Assembly: GCF_018977255.1 (NCBI RefSeq)
Contig: NW_024704742.1
Location: 39,930,001 to 39,994,000, forward strand
From: Callorhinchus milii
Lineage: Eukaryota
Length of the DNA: 64,000 nucleotides
Direction: 5' to 3'
The notes under the pieces are model-generated. The model saw only the letters and a program-made list of their open reading frames with translations. It searched no databases and had not been told where the DNA came from. The translations under genes and the position numbers were made by a program. This document shows, piece by piece, positions 13,112 to 26,199 of this stretch (positions are counted from its first letter, which is position 1; every line of letters begins with the position of its first letter).

Positions 13112-15050
13112 CAGCAACAACGAAATTACATTTGTAAAGTGCCTTTCACGTCGGTAGGATGTCCCAAGGCGCTGAACAGTCAGGGATCAGGACCCGAGCA
13201 TGGGGAGCAGGATTGGGATGAGGGAGGGCAGAGGATGTAAGAGGGTGGCTGAAGGCACAGTCAAAAAGGAGGGTCTTGAGTCATGCCTTGAAGGAGACAA
13301 CAGAGGGAGCAAGATGAAGGGATTGTGGGATTGTAGGGCGGGTCGGGCGGGAGACCCAGAGCAGGCCAGAGCCTGTTGAGCAGAGGGAGCAGACAGGTTG
13401 ATAGAGGGTCAGCAAGTCAGAAATATAGGAGAGGGCAAGACCATAGAGGGCCTTGAAAGTGAGGACTAGGATTTTGAACTCTATCCTCTGAGGGATGGGG
13501 AGCCAGAGGAGCCGGGCAAGGGTGGGGATGATAGGGTCATGGAGTCTGGTGCAGGAGAGGACATGAGCTGCAGAGTTCTGGATGATCTGCAGCTTGTGAA
13601 GGGAGGATTTGGGGAGGCCGACAAGGAGGGAGTTTCCGTAGTCGAGCCTTGAGGTGACGAATGCGTGTATGAGGGTTTTCGCAGCCTGAGGGGTGAGTTA
13701 GTGGCGGAGTCAGGTAATGTTGCGGAGGTGGTCATGGCATGGACATGGGGGAGAAAGGACAGTTGAGGGTCGAACAAGACGTCCTAATTGGCTTGGTGAG
13801 GTGGAGTTTGCAACCATGGATGTTGATGCACCTTGACCAAAGCAGTTTCCATGCTGTGAGCAGCACAGAAACCCAATCGGAGGGGCTTGTGAAGGGAGTG
13901 ATAGGAGAGGAATGAGCAAAGCTGGGAAGCATCGACTCTTTCAAGGACCTTCGAAAGAAAAGGGAGGTTGGAGATGGGCCGGTAGTTAGAAGGCAGGAAT
14001 GGGTCCAGGGAAGGTTGTTTTCAGGATGGGGTTGATTGTTGCTATTTTTAGGGGATGGGAACGGTGCCAGATGAAAGGTGAGATGCCAGAGATTGATGGT
14101 GTCGGAGAGTAGTGGGGCGAGAAGTTGGAGCTGGGAGGTAAGGAGAGGGGTGGGGACGGGGTCAAGGGAGCAGATGGTGTTTCATGCTGGACATGGTGGT
14201 GATGAGAGCAGTAGACAGGTTCAAAAATGTGGAAGGAGGGATGGGTAAGGATCGGAGTGTGGGGGAGAGATGGGGAGGGAGTGGCAGTTGGGAGGGGGTG
14301 GCAGCTGAACGGATCCCCTCAATTTTGGACTTGAACAAATATAGAATCTCCTCACAGTCAGAACTTGAGGAGAGAATGGGCAAAGCATGTGAAGGTGGAC
14401 AGAGAAGCCAATTGATGGTGGAGAAGAGGAGCCTGGGATTTCCTTCACCTCCAAGATTATCTTGGAGTAGAAGGATGATTTGATGGAGACGAGGGCAGAG
14501 AGGTATGTATTTATGTAGTGGACCGTTAGATCAGATTTAAGCCAGGTGAGTTCGGCAGCCCACACTTGACCTGTGAGAGAGCGGAGATGGCTGGTGTACT
14601 AGGGTGAGGTTCATAAGTAGGAGATGGTTCAGGAGGTGAGAGGAGCAAGGGCATCAGAGTAGTGGAGAGGGAGTTGTGGAGGAGAGTGAGTGAGGAGGAT
14701 AAATCAGTGTGGGAAGGAGGCCAGAGGGTGAGGAGTTCAGATGACTCCAGGGCAACGGAGAGGGATTGTGGGGAAATGTTTTTCCAGGGTTGGTAGGAGA
14801 TGAAGATGGGTATGATGGCGGTGGAGGAAAGGGATTGAGGAGTTAAAAGAGATGAAATGGTGATTGGAGCTGGCTTTGTCTGTGATTGTGATATCCAAGA
14901 CACTGAGGCCCCGGGTAATCACCAGATCAAGTGGGTGGCCATGAACATGGGTGGCAGAGTGGATGTGGAGGGAAAGTTTGTGAGAGGAAAGGAAAGAGGA
15001 GAAGTCTGAGGAGATAGAGCAGCAGGGGGTGAAGTGAAGGTTGAAGTGAA
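13112..15050 (-). mobile_element. L2-clade LINE with internal deletions (endonuclease end to 3' tail)
   Basis: THVHGHPLDLVITRGL endonuclease motif near 14900-14960, YRPISNLPFLSKVLER near 13935-13985, HAFVTSRLDYGNS near 13630-13670, L2 tail near 13115. Confidence 0.88.
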
Positions 15051-15134
15051 TACAGAAGGACTATTAGTTCCATCCCAGCAATACTCTGCCTTTAGGAGTT
15101 ATTACAATTACTAATGGGAAACTGCACTATAACA

Positions 15135-15668
15135 TGACATAACATGTAGGAGTAGGCCATTCGGCCCTTCGAGCCTGCCCCGCCATTCAATCATGGCTGA
15201 TCTTCTAATCTAACTCCAGTTAATAACCTGACTCTGCCTTATGCCCATATCCCTTAATCCCTTTTGCAATAAGAAATATATCTATCTCAGTCTTGAATAT
15301 GTTCAAGGACTGAGCGTCAACAGCTCTTTGGGGTAGTGAGTTCCATACATTCACCACCCTTTGAGTGAAGAAGTTCTTCCTCAACTCAGTGCGAAAAGGC
15401 TGGCCTCTGATTTTAAGGTTGTGATCCCTTGTTTTAGTTTCTCCAACCAGGGGAACAATCTCCCACTATCTACTCTATCATGCCCTTTGATGATTTTATA
15501 GGTTTCTATAAGATCGCCTCTAATTCTTCTATATTCCAGAGAATATAGGTCCAAATTGGTCAGTCTATCCTCGTAACTCATCCCCTTCATCCCTGGTATT
15601 AACCTAATAAATCTACGCACCCCCTCCAAGGCAAGTACATCCTTCCTTAAATAAGGAGACCAAAACAC
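15135..15668 (-). mobile_element. CR1 LINE 3' fragment
   Basis: ORF FWSPYLRKDVLALEGV...[18 protein letters not shown]; 3' UTR ends GGGCCGAATGGCCTACTCCT. Confidence 0.92.
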
Positions 15669-18600
15669 ATGCACAAGAACCATGTGAGAAGCTGGAACTC
15701 TACTAGTCTTCTGTTAACCACAGGTGTACAGGACTCCCACATTATAAGTGAACTCATTTTCTAGCAAGGAACTTCTGGCTTCAGCGCCTTAGGACATCCT
15801 TCTGACATAAAATACAAATTTAATTTTGTATTATAATTTTGTATTGTATTATAATTGGGTCGCCCCGGAGTAATCATTTCTGGTGGTAGATTATTGGTCC
15901 ATTTTGACTCTGCATCCAATTTCCCACAGGATTCCTTTGCAATTCTGTATCAGCCTAGCTCTGTTGATAGCACGTTTGCCTTTGAGCCAGAAGTTTGTGG
16001 GTTTCAAACCCCAAATTGAGTGTCACTGCAATCTACAGAAAATTCTAGTAATGCTTTAAGATGACTCAGTGAATCAATAAGATGATATATCAAATGTAAG
16101 GATCATTATAATCTCTCTTTAAATCTACGGTAATAACTTGCTTCCTTTTACTTGCTAAATACTTGTCGCACGGAATTCCTGAATAGGAAATCTGACTGGG
16201 GATTCCTTGCAACACGGATCTAAAAGGAAGAAATGGAAAGGGGAAAAGGTAGGAAAATGAGACTACAGAGATAGCTTTTTCAGAGACACGGCAAATAACC
16301 TTCATATGTGCTGTAAATAGCTATGGTTCTATTGTTCTACAATGACCTCCAGATTCATTGATTTAATGTAAGTCTAATGCGGACATGTGACAATTCATGC
16401 ACCTGTTCAGAATGCACCAGTTAAGATGATTCCAGGAGGTACTTTTAATACATGTGTCTGGTATTAATGCAAATTCTTGTCCTACGGTTTTCAGTCACCT
16501 ACCCAGAAACAGGGGACCCTTTCTTAGACAGGATTTGAGTGAGTTCTGAGTGACCTTGGACATGGCACCAAATCACATCCCAAATACCATTCCACATTCT
16601 GCAGACTGTACATACAATGAAGCTCATGATGGACATGATTGAAAGGACCCTACAAAACATGCCTCCCAAAAGGTATGCTGTCTTAATTTGGCCACAATAA
16701 TATGTGGCATCAATCTCAAAGCTTCTGAAGAAAAAATGTGCCCTTTGGCAATAGAGGAAGCAGAAGTACAACCTGCGTGTGCAGATGACTCTGGGGAAAT
16801 AAGAAAATCCTTGTCCAGAGACATTTAAAACCTATTTGATTTGGGATGCTTGAACTGCAGTTTTTTGCCCCTGGCATTGCTGATGGTCCAAGGTGATCAG
16901 CAGGCAGAATGTAGACCCATAGAAATATTTTGAATTCACATGTGCATGTAGCCATAAAATGCTTGTCATGTATGTATCACCAAATGATACTTAACATAGT
17001 TAAGTGTCTATCATAAATGATAAAGTATGTGTAAGTTTATGATCAAATCTCTATTTTGATTCCTATCTACTGAGTTATTTCTTTCTCTGTATACATACCT
17101 GAAGACACTTTGTAAAATCATTGAGTTACCATCACCCAATTTCATAGGCATTAACTCATTTCTAAGACTCCATGGAGATAGATTGTGATAGTCTTTCATT
17201 TTCGGGTCGAGGCTTTTGCCAGTGCCTCTGGGAGCCCAGATCTTGAGTGCTAACATCTCCTTTGTGATCTTTTTAAAGTTACTGAATCCTTGACATTGTG
17301 ACAGCTTTTATTAAAAGAGTTTGTGTTGAAACAATCAGTAACTTTATCCCAAAGGAGGAGATGAGCATGACAGAATTCCGCACACTAGTATAATCCTTTT
17401 AATACGGAATGAGATAAATACTTTAAAAGTAAGAATAATAAGGGATAAGGGAAGTGAGCAACAGATTGGGATTAGGCTGGGTGGCTCCTGTAGAGAAACA
17501 GAGCCCAGACCTGATGGGTCGAAAGCACTTCACAGGATATACTATAAAATGGAGTGACTGTATTTTGCAGGCAAACACAGTAGCCGATTGGCACCCAGTA
17601 ATGACACCCAAAAATCCATGATTAATTTTGATTGATTCATTTTATCAGGGGGATATTATCACCAATTCTCCCATTGTACAGTGTGTCCATTTCCTTTTCA
17701 AACTTTGGGCTTTTAAGGAGTTGGTGAATGTGCTGGTAACAAACAGAAGGTATGCAGTAGAAAGAAATGAATATGTAGAAAGAATAGCAACATTACAAAT
17801 ATATCAAAATCTGAACAAACAAGAAAGCTAGCAAAAGATAACATATGGAAATACAGAATCATAAATGTAAAGACTGGAAACTTGGGGATGAAAAACAGAA
17901 TTTTAAAGCTTCCAACAGAAATGTTTCTCAATTTGCGACAACGAAAAGGAGCATTGATACGCAATAAAGATGTAAAGAGGAAATCTAATACAAACTAGAT
18001 TGTTCTGATTGAAAGATAAGTTATTATTAAGATTCCTGAGGAGAATGAGAGACATCAGATTACTAAAGAAAGGTAACCTCAAGGAGAACAATCAAAAGAA
18101 ACACAGGGGAAATGGATCTGATCTAAGGAGATTGCTGGGAGGCCTATGTACTTAGATCTGCCCACAGAGCACAGTGGCTGAAGAGGAGACAGAGCTGGAA
18201 GGTGAAACATTCTAATCTTTTCTTTTAACTCATGTATTATTGAAGCTCTACGGCAGAGTCAAGTATCTGTCTTCAAATTCACAGAGAAACTTAAAAGATA
18301 TGTGCTTAATCCCTAAATCCACCGTAAAATAAATTATCAGTATCTAAAACATACATATAGGGGTGAACAATGCAATAGGACAATTATTATGCCACTAAAA
18401 ATTGTAGTCCCAAATAGTCTTTAATAATCACTGATCTATTACTCCATCCAGCAATGGTCCAAAGCCAGCAAAATCGTTTGACCACCACTGTTGTTACTAT
18501 GCACAGACTATGAGAGAACATCTTAAAGCATTTGTATAATAAATGTGGTCCCACGTATTAATTTATTTGGGAGTTTGCAAGTGGCTGATTCAAGGCAGAA

Positions 18601-18919
18601 AGGGAGGGGAGAGCACAAACACTCTGGTACCCATCTGACAGCTTGGACCTTGTTCCATATTTCCTTTCCTCCCATCTTCCTAACAGATCAAAAGAAACAT
18701 CTGCTTATTGAACCATGGGGCCACGTGGTTGGGTCAATGAACAGTCAGGGGATTGACGATGGAAAGAGCTGCATGCATGATGAAAACTCTATCATCTAAG
18801 TATATTGACATTGATAACTATCTAGGGTAAAAGTAAAGACATAATGCAACTAGGGTTCATTTCCTGTTCTTTGATAATTGTCCATCAACTGAAATCCAAT
18901 GTTTCACGTAAAACACTCA

Positions 18920-19130
18920 CGGGTAGAAATTCCACCTGGGATTAGACTTTCTCTTTCAGAACATTCAGAAATGGTAAAATTCTTAAGGCAGGTTTTCTTA
19001 ATGCTCTTTCAAGAATTACAGAAGCTTAAAAACTAGCTTAAAAATCAAAAGTGAATTCAATCATTTTACAAATTCTGGATGCTCTGAAATTTTAACAGAG
19101 TAAATCTGGACTCAGGTGGAATGTTACCCG
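18920..19130. mobile_element. Fold-back MITE-like element
   Basis: Left end CGGGTAGAAATTCCACCTGGGATTAGACTTTCTCT versus reverse complement of right end CGGGTAACATTCCACCTGAGTCCAGATTTACTCT; inner arms also pair (TTCAGAACATTCAGAAATGGTAAAAT). No clear TSD. Confidence 0.65.
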
Positions 19131-20311
19131 ATCTGTGTTTTAGAAGGTGAAGCACATATTACATGAGGTTAGTTTAACTCAGAGTAATGTAAATTCAATA
19201 CAAAGGAGAGTAAAAATATTTTGGGTTGAAGATAGGCTGCAGTAACTGCAGTAACTCCTTTACACTAAGGCTAAACTTACCAACAACTCACAAGAAAATA
19301 ACCGTTTCTGATGTCCTGTGTTATCCATTGGAGTTCTTATTGGCAGAACTGTCCTTGTTTCTATTTTCGTATTGTTCTGAATGAAGCAAATCATGTATAT
19401 AGAATCAAAGAAAGTTAAAAACTGGAAATGTGACCCATCATGGGAGGGAGTTTCTCCTGAATAGCCTGCCGATCAAGCCCCCAAATAAAATTGATCATTC
19501 ACTTCATGGCTGTTTGTGGGATATTGCAATGCGCAAATGAGCTGCCATGTTTGCCTACAAATAATCAGTCACTACACTTTACAGTAAATTCTATGAACCA
19601 CTTTGAAACAGCTTCTCAAAGTGAAACTCGCTATATCAACCTCAATTATTATTATTAAGTCTGTGCTGGTACGTTACTCCACATGAATCATCTAATTCCT
19701 GGTCCACTAGCTGCTCCCCACATCTCTTAATATTCCAATGTGGATGTGTAAAGGTTCTCTAAAATTAGGAAAAAAATAAAGGCAATTGTGAAGCACATTA
19801 ACACTAGCCACAAGTGGCTTGTTGAAATTTTTTATCTTTAGCACATGCTATATTAATGGTTTGCTTCCACCCCAAATATCTTTACTCTGCTTTGTGTTGA
19901 AGTTACATTACTCTCCATTAAATTGATAATGTTTGATGTGTGCTTCACCTTCAAAAACATTAATAAGTGTTTTACATGGAACACATTGGATTCCAGTTGA
20001 TATACAATTATATTTGCCAGATCCATACTGCCTTCCTGGATTCCACTTTGTTCTTCCACTCTGAGACGTTATCCTATGTGAAGAGAGCTTTGTAAATGCA
20101 AGTTGTTGTTGTTGCACGAGAGAAATCCAGCTCATGGACATCTCGCAATTCACAAAGATCTACAAAAACAGCAAAAGGAGAACTTAGATGGAACGTTTTC
20201 ACCTAGAGAGTTGTCGGAGATGTGAAAAGGCCTACCCAGTATCCATTATAGCTTTCAGGGGAAGTACTGTGATTTGAATATGTTTTCAAAGCCCAGAGTT
20301 TTGACGCTTTA

Positions 20312-20424
20312 GTAATAATAATAATAATCCTTGCATTTGATATAGCGCTTTTCACATCTTCTAGATGTCTCAAAGCGCTTCACAGAATATGCTGTAAAGT
20401 GAATTGACTGTATATTTGTGGGCG
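20312..20424 (-). mobile_element. SINE 3' terminal fragment
   Basis: (TAA)n CCTTGCATTTGATATAGCGC...TATTTGTGGGCG. Confidence 0.85.
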
Positions 20425-21062
20425 GGGGCTTGAAGAGTTTGGCGAAAAGGCTTGGAGGTGGCATTGAATTGATCTCCTTGCTCTGGGATGCTACCCTTCA
20501 TGAGGGGCACTATATAAATACAAGCTGTTGTTCTTGCTCTGTGAGACGAATGGTCTCTTTCTGCACTGTCTTTCTATGTTTGGGTAGAAGCAAACCATTA
20601 ATATGATTAATATCCGTCCTTCAATACTATTTTGGAAAGCAACTTTTAAATGTCTATGGAGGACTGTGTAGACCCCACACTCTACTGTCATCCTCACCAC
20701 ACCCCAACCCATGGAGCTCTATCCAGATACCATTAACACTGATAACTAACCAACCTGCCAGAAAGCACTCGTGAAATGTGTGAGAAGGCATGCAGCCAGG
20801 TTTCCTTCCCTTGTCCAGGCAACCCAGCTGAGAGTTGACCTTAGAGGAAGTCCAAAGATGAATAACAGATGAGACTATGATTTGAATTTGTTTTCCAAAC
20901 CCAGGATTTTGATGCTTTAGAAATGTAGTTATCAGACCACCCTCAAGCCATCTTAAGATCCAATGCTTTACACAGTCAGAGGGATTCACAGTAAATTTTT
21001 GAGATATGATATGGTGTTATATCAAATCCAAGGATTATTATCATTTGTAAACATAAGAAATA

Positions 21063-21418
21063 AATCTGAAACAAAAACAGAAGGCTCTCGATTACTCAGC
21101 AGGTCAGGCAGCATCTATGGAGAAAGGAAAGTGAGTCAGTGTTTCGGGTACACAACCCAAAACTGTGGCATGTTGGGATGGAGAGACTTTTAAGAGGACA
21201 GGGGATCCTCTACCCCATTTTCTCCTTCGTCTTCCTTGCCCTGCCTCATCCCTCTCTGTTAGCCCTTAAAAGCCTCTCCCTCCCAACATGCCACAGTCGT
21301 GGAACCAAAACGTTGACTCACTTTCCTTTCTCCATAGATGCTGCCTGACCTGCTGAGTGTTTCCAGCGACTTCTGTTTTTGTTTCAGATTGCCAGGATCT
21401 GTAGTGTTTTGTGTTTTG
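21063..21418. mobile_element. Penelope-like terminal sequence arranged as an inverted pair
   Basis: Arms 21063-21197 and 21263-21390; the motif GATGCTGCCTGACCTGCTGAGT is shared with 28960-29030. Confidence 0.7.
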
Positions 21419-23284
21419 AAATAAATAAGACTTCACTTATCAGGTTTCTAAGAGATTCATACAAACCAGCAGAGAAGTGTCAATGCACTACCTGCATTGG
21501 ATGTTAGCAGTTACAGTCACCGGATTGTCCAATTAATCAGAAAAGAATACTCATTTAAATGCTATGATGGTGTGCTGAAGGACATCTTGGTTATCAAAAA
21601 TGATTGACAAAGTATTTGCACATTTTGTTAAAGCGTTTTCTGTCAGAGCAATAGTTATTCAGTGCAAGAGTTATTTTTAAAGCATAATAATCTGGCCCGG
21701 TTTATGTTGTCAAAAGTCATTAATCATGCTGACGTCTGCTGATGACTTTGTTTTCTACTTGTGAAAAACTTCAATCTGGGCGATCTGTTTCTTAACAGCT
21801 TTTGTTTGATTATTGTTCAGCTGTAAAATGTACCTGATTAATTGTTTTTGGCATCCAGTCAAAAGCCTGGAAGGCATAGGGCTTGGAAACAGAGCCGGAC
21901 CATGACAGTGTGCCAGACTATAACAGTAAAACAGAGCCCCTATTGTGTAATGAAGAAATGGGCCTGTAGTGTGCTGTGTGTTTTCAGCCTTTTTCCTGTG
22001 GCAGTGTGAAGAGCGGAAGTGAGCTGCTGGTTTCTCAAATGAAGCATGCTGTGAAAAGTGAGTGCACATTTCATCCCTGAAAACCAGATGGGTCATTAGT
22101 CTTAATCTGAAGGGTTCTGTTTGTCATTATCAGTTAGCCTCATAATGGCAAGCTCTTGTTACTTCATCTATTAACCTGTTTATAAGGCTGATTGTGGGTG
22201 AAAGGGGTGATAATCTTGATCGGTAATTGTTACAATTTAAAATGTCCGTGTGAATAAATGCAATGTACTTTAAAACATAGAGCAGCGCTATTTATGCAAT
22301 ATACTTTTAGGTACCATTGAAAGCAAACATGTTTAATAGAGATTCCCAGAGGTGATGTGCAGAGTGTCATATTCCACCAAAAAAGGAGTTTGAAAGGAGA
22401 GATTTATACAGTAGAATAAAAGTTGTTGCATATTAAATAACATTAGCTGCAGGTGAGAAATTAATATGGGCTCAGAAAGGTCTTGGCCAAGGTTTCTGCG
22501 TCGCCTGAAAAGCCACATTGTGCTGTGTAGTGCACTTCCAATCAGGTATAAAGACAGATACAGTATCAGTGCAACCCTAGGCATACACAATTCAACCTGA
22601 AAAGAAACTTCTAATAGTTCAGCTCCTGCACACATCAGACACTTTAAGAAAAGTTCCAGCTGAATGAGCTATCTCTCATCACCAGAATTAGCCGTCTGCA
22701 TCTGCTATCTACATTGGTAGTCCTGGCCTGCTGTCAAGGTCTTTCAAGCTTAATCCTTACAGTTTTTTTAAAAAATGCCATTCCCTAGAGGTGCCAGTTG
22801 GTGTTGTTTCTTTCTATTGATGATTTTTTCGAGGAATTGCTATAATTGACTATATATTTAAGTTTTTCAATCAGATTACAGTGATTTATTTTTGTTTGAA
22901 TTATTTTATTTGTTCCTTAATCTCTTATTGGCTGATTTCTCTAACATAACAGGGTGAAAAATACGACATAATTATATGATAATTATCACGAGTGATTTTA
23001 CATCATCAAAATTTCCATTCCTGTTAATTTTTCAATCAGTGTCCAGTGAACTTTCCTCTGCTTCAGTTTTATCGCAATTTTTGAACTCAAAGCCACCATT
23101 GAACTTGCAGATCGCAGTATTTCAGCACCAATTCCTGGGATACTGCTTTAACTGAACTTTATTATCACATGATCACATGTTGCTTACACCCCAATATCAT
23201 TTCCCAGTGGCTCAGTTGAAAAGTAAGAGAAACATTATTTACCTGATTTGAGTATTTTGGAGAAAAGTTTGGATCCAGATTCTT

Positions 23285-23485
23285 AGAAACAGCAGTAGGC
23301 TATTCAGCCCCTTTAGCCTACTCCACCATTTTATAAGATCATGGCGGATCTGTACCTCAAGTCCAGTTACCTGCCCTTGTCCCATATCCCTTAATATCCT
23401 GATCTAACAAATATCTATCTACCTCCGTCTTGAAAATGTGAATGGATCCTGCATCCACAGCCAATGGATCCAGCATCCACAGCCT
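23285..23485 (-). mobile_element. CR1 3' fragment
   Basis: AVDAGSIHIFKTEVDRYL...IKGYG on the minus strand, followed by the CR1 3' UTR. Confidence 0.8.
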
Positions 23486-23729
23486 CACCTTTGGTATCTC
23501 ATATTTTTCAACAGTGAAATATTTTTCAATGGTTATATATGGAATAGAGGTTAACACCGAGCTAATTTGGAATGGATATTGGTACCATACAAAGTTTAGA
23601 TTGATCCAAACTAATATTATTGAAAGAAATCAAGATTGGGCCTAATTTTTAGAATTTGCTCATTTGGACCTCTTAGATTTAAAAATGACCAAATAATAAT
23701 AATACTAATTAATTATTAATAATAATTAT

Positions 23730-24036
23730 CACAGGGTGAAACACTGGGCAAGTTTCCTTACTTCACACGCTTCTGTTTGCCTAGCAGTAAGTAGAAACCC
23801 GGTTGTTATTCAATAGGTGGATTGCTTTTCCAGGGTAATAATTTCTCAAAAAAAAAATGATAATAATTTGGTCACTCAATCCATGACTGTTTATAGCACA
23901 TTGCTGTGCACAATTGGCTGCCACATTTCTCTCACAAAATATACAGTCAATTCACTTTACAGTATATTCTGTGAAGCGCTTTGAGATGTCTCGAAGATGT
24001 GATAAGGCACTATATCAAATGCAAGGATTATGATTA
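23730..24036 (+). mobile_element. tRNA-headed SINE, long subfamily, head missing
   Basis: GGGCAAGTTTCCTTAC, central CTGTTTGCCTAGCAGTAAGTAGAAACCCGGTTGTT segment, Deu core and tail. Confidence 0.85.
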
Positions 24037-24044
24037 TAATTATT

Positions 24045-24320
24045 ATTATAATCCTTGCATTTGTTATAGAGCCTTATCATGTTGGAAGGATGTGTCAAGG
24101 CTTTTCACAGGATTTATGGCAAAGAGAATGACTGTGTATTTCTAGGCAAACTCAGCAGCACAATTTCGCAAATCAGTGCCCCACAGAATGAATGACAAAT
24201 TTTATTTGGGAGATTATTGGTCAGGAAACCGGGAGACACTCCCTTCTTTATTCAAATAATGCCACGGGATCTTTAATATACACCTGAACAGCCAGACTGG
24301 ACCTTGGTTTAACATCAAAC
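24045..24320 (-). mobile_element. Older Deu-domain SINE, 3' portion
   Basis: Lies tail-to-tail with the previous SINE; GGGATCTTTAA...CACCTGAACAG body. Confidence 0.7.
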
Positions 24321-24879
24321 CCATTATTATAATGAATAATTATTTAGTACATTTATGTTTCATTAATTTATTAATTTTACATTCATGTAAAGTGTGAACA
24401 TGGTTGTATAATATTGTTATATAGTATTCTTAAAGAACTTGAGCTATTCATTGATTTGTGAAAAAACTAGATGCTATACAGATCTGCTTGTGGCTATTGG
24501 AAAAGCAAGAGAAACATACTTTTATAAATGGCACTTAACTTTTCAGTTGATGGTCATTTATGAAACATGGTCAGAATGGTTTCTGTCAAATTTCATGATG
24601 TCATGCATTTTGAAGTGAAAATAGAAGCTTAAAGGATTTTGTTCTGAGCAAGCCACCATTCACAGACTCCATCTGGGTCCATTCATCTCTTATCTGAGAC
24701 TTTGCTTCATTTGTGGTAAATGCATAATATTAAAATGAGTTAAAATCTAGTCGCTGCAAAATTTGTCAGCACTTTGCTCTATCAAATATAAAATTAAAAC
24801 CAACATTAGATGCATTTTGTCAAGTCCAGGCTCAATTAGGCCAACTGTATGCACACTGGATTTTCCAATTCTTCCCTCC

Positions 24880-25245
24880 ACAAACTGCAGACTATCTAGA
24901 TCCTCTCCCGCACTAAGCTCCAAGAGCCTACCTTCCCCATTCTTGCTTTACTCCACTGGCTCCCAATCCCCCAGAGAATTGAGAGAATCACCAGTCTCAA
25001 GACCATCCTCTTTGATCGTGTCTTCGGTCATCTTCAGCGCCTTGGGACGTCCTCCCGACGTGAAAGGCGCTATACAAATGTAATTTTGTATTGTAACTTT
25101 CCTCCACCATCCCTTCAACCCCTTGTCCACTCCACAAATCTAATCCCCAGTTCAGGTACAAACCCTCGACTGTCCAAAACCTTGGGACTTCCCCCTGACG
25201 TGAACGACGCTATATAAATGCAATTTATTGTTGCTGTTGTTGTTC
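24880..25245 (+). mobile_element. L2 3' fragments with two tail copies
   Basis: CAGCGCCTTGGGACGTCCTCCCGACGTGAAAGGCGCTATA near 25035-25075 and a second tail near 25180-25245. Confidence 0.75.
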
Positions 25246-25871
25246 TTGCTAAACAATATGTTATATTTAAGGAGATATGGAGAATAATAAGGTATTATTT
25301 GGTGTTACTGAGTTGCTTTATGCTCATCATAATAAGGAAGAGTTATTTTAATTATAGATCAAATAAACATTTTTCATTGCATTCTTGAATAATTTTCTAC
25401 ACATCTGATTTGACAATTACAATATACAGCACTTTGGGACTTCCTCCTGGGACGTTATGTAAATCAGATTTACATTTCATTGTACATATATTCAGAAAAT
25501 GTGGCAAATCATGCTTTCAAATTTACTTTATCATTTTTTACATACCATAGTAATCATCTTTATTTAAATGAATCTTAGTCAATGAAGTCGAAACTAAATT
25601 AGTGAGTAAAGCTGGGGCTTAATCATTGAGTCTTTCTGATCTGATCCTGTTGTAACTTAGACGAAACACTAGATGAATGGAGAAACTTTTTTATTTTATT
25701 CATCTATTGGTTTCTGTCTGCTGCTTAGTATTCCAGCACCAGGAATAGTAATTATAATCTTTATTCGATATAAGACTTTATCCCAATGTGGTAAAGTCTC
25801 AAAGTGCTTCACAGGATTTACTATAGAGTGTATTGTGTATTTATAAGTGGACAAGGAAGTGAGTTTGCATA

Positions 25872-26190
25872 CAACAACAACAACAAATTACATTTGTAAA
25901 GTGCCTTTCACGTCAGGAAGGCATCCCAAGGTGTTGGACAATCAGGGATTTGGATCCGAACAGGGGGTTGGAATCGGGGAGGGGGTGAGTGGAGGGCAGG
26001 GAGGGTAGGGATAGTAGTGTGGCCGAATACACAGTCGAAGAGGAGGGTGTTGAGACAAGTCTTGAAGGAGACAAGGGAGTTAACAAGGTGAAGGGACTGT
26101 GGGATGGAGTTCCAAAGGGTGGGGGCAGAGAGGTTGAAGGCCAACCGCTGATGGTGGGGTAGGCCAGGAAGGGGACATGGAGCAGACCAA
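25872..26190 (-). mobile_element. L2 3' end
   Basis: AFNLSAPTLWNSIPQSL...FKTCLNTLLF and a (TTG)n tail. Confidence 0.85.
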
Positions 26191-26199
26191 AGCATAAAT

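Noticed and set aside
16400..16960. Coding-like composition with several short ORFs
   Set aside because: Stops in all frames, no recognisable domain and no convincing splice-site pair.
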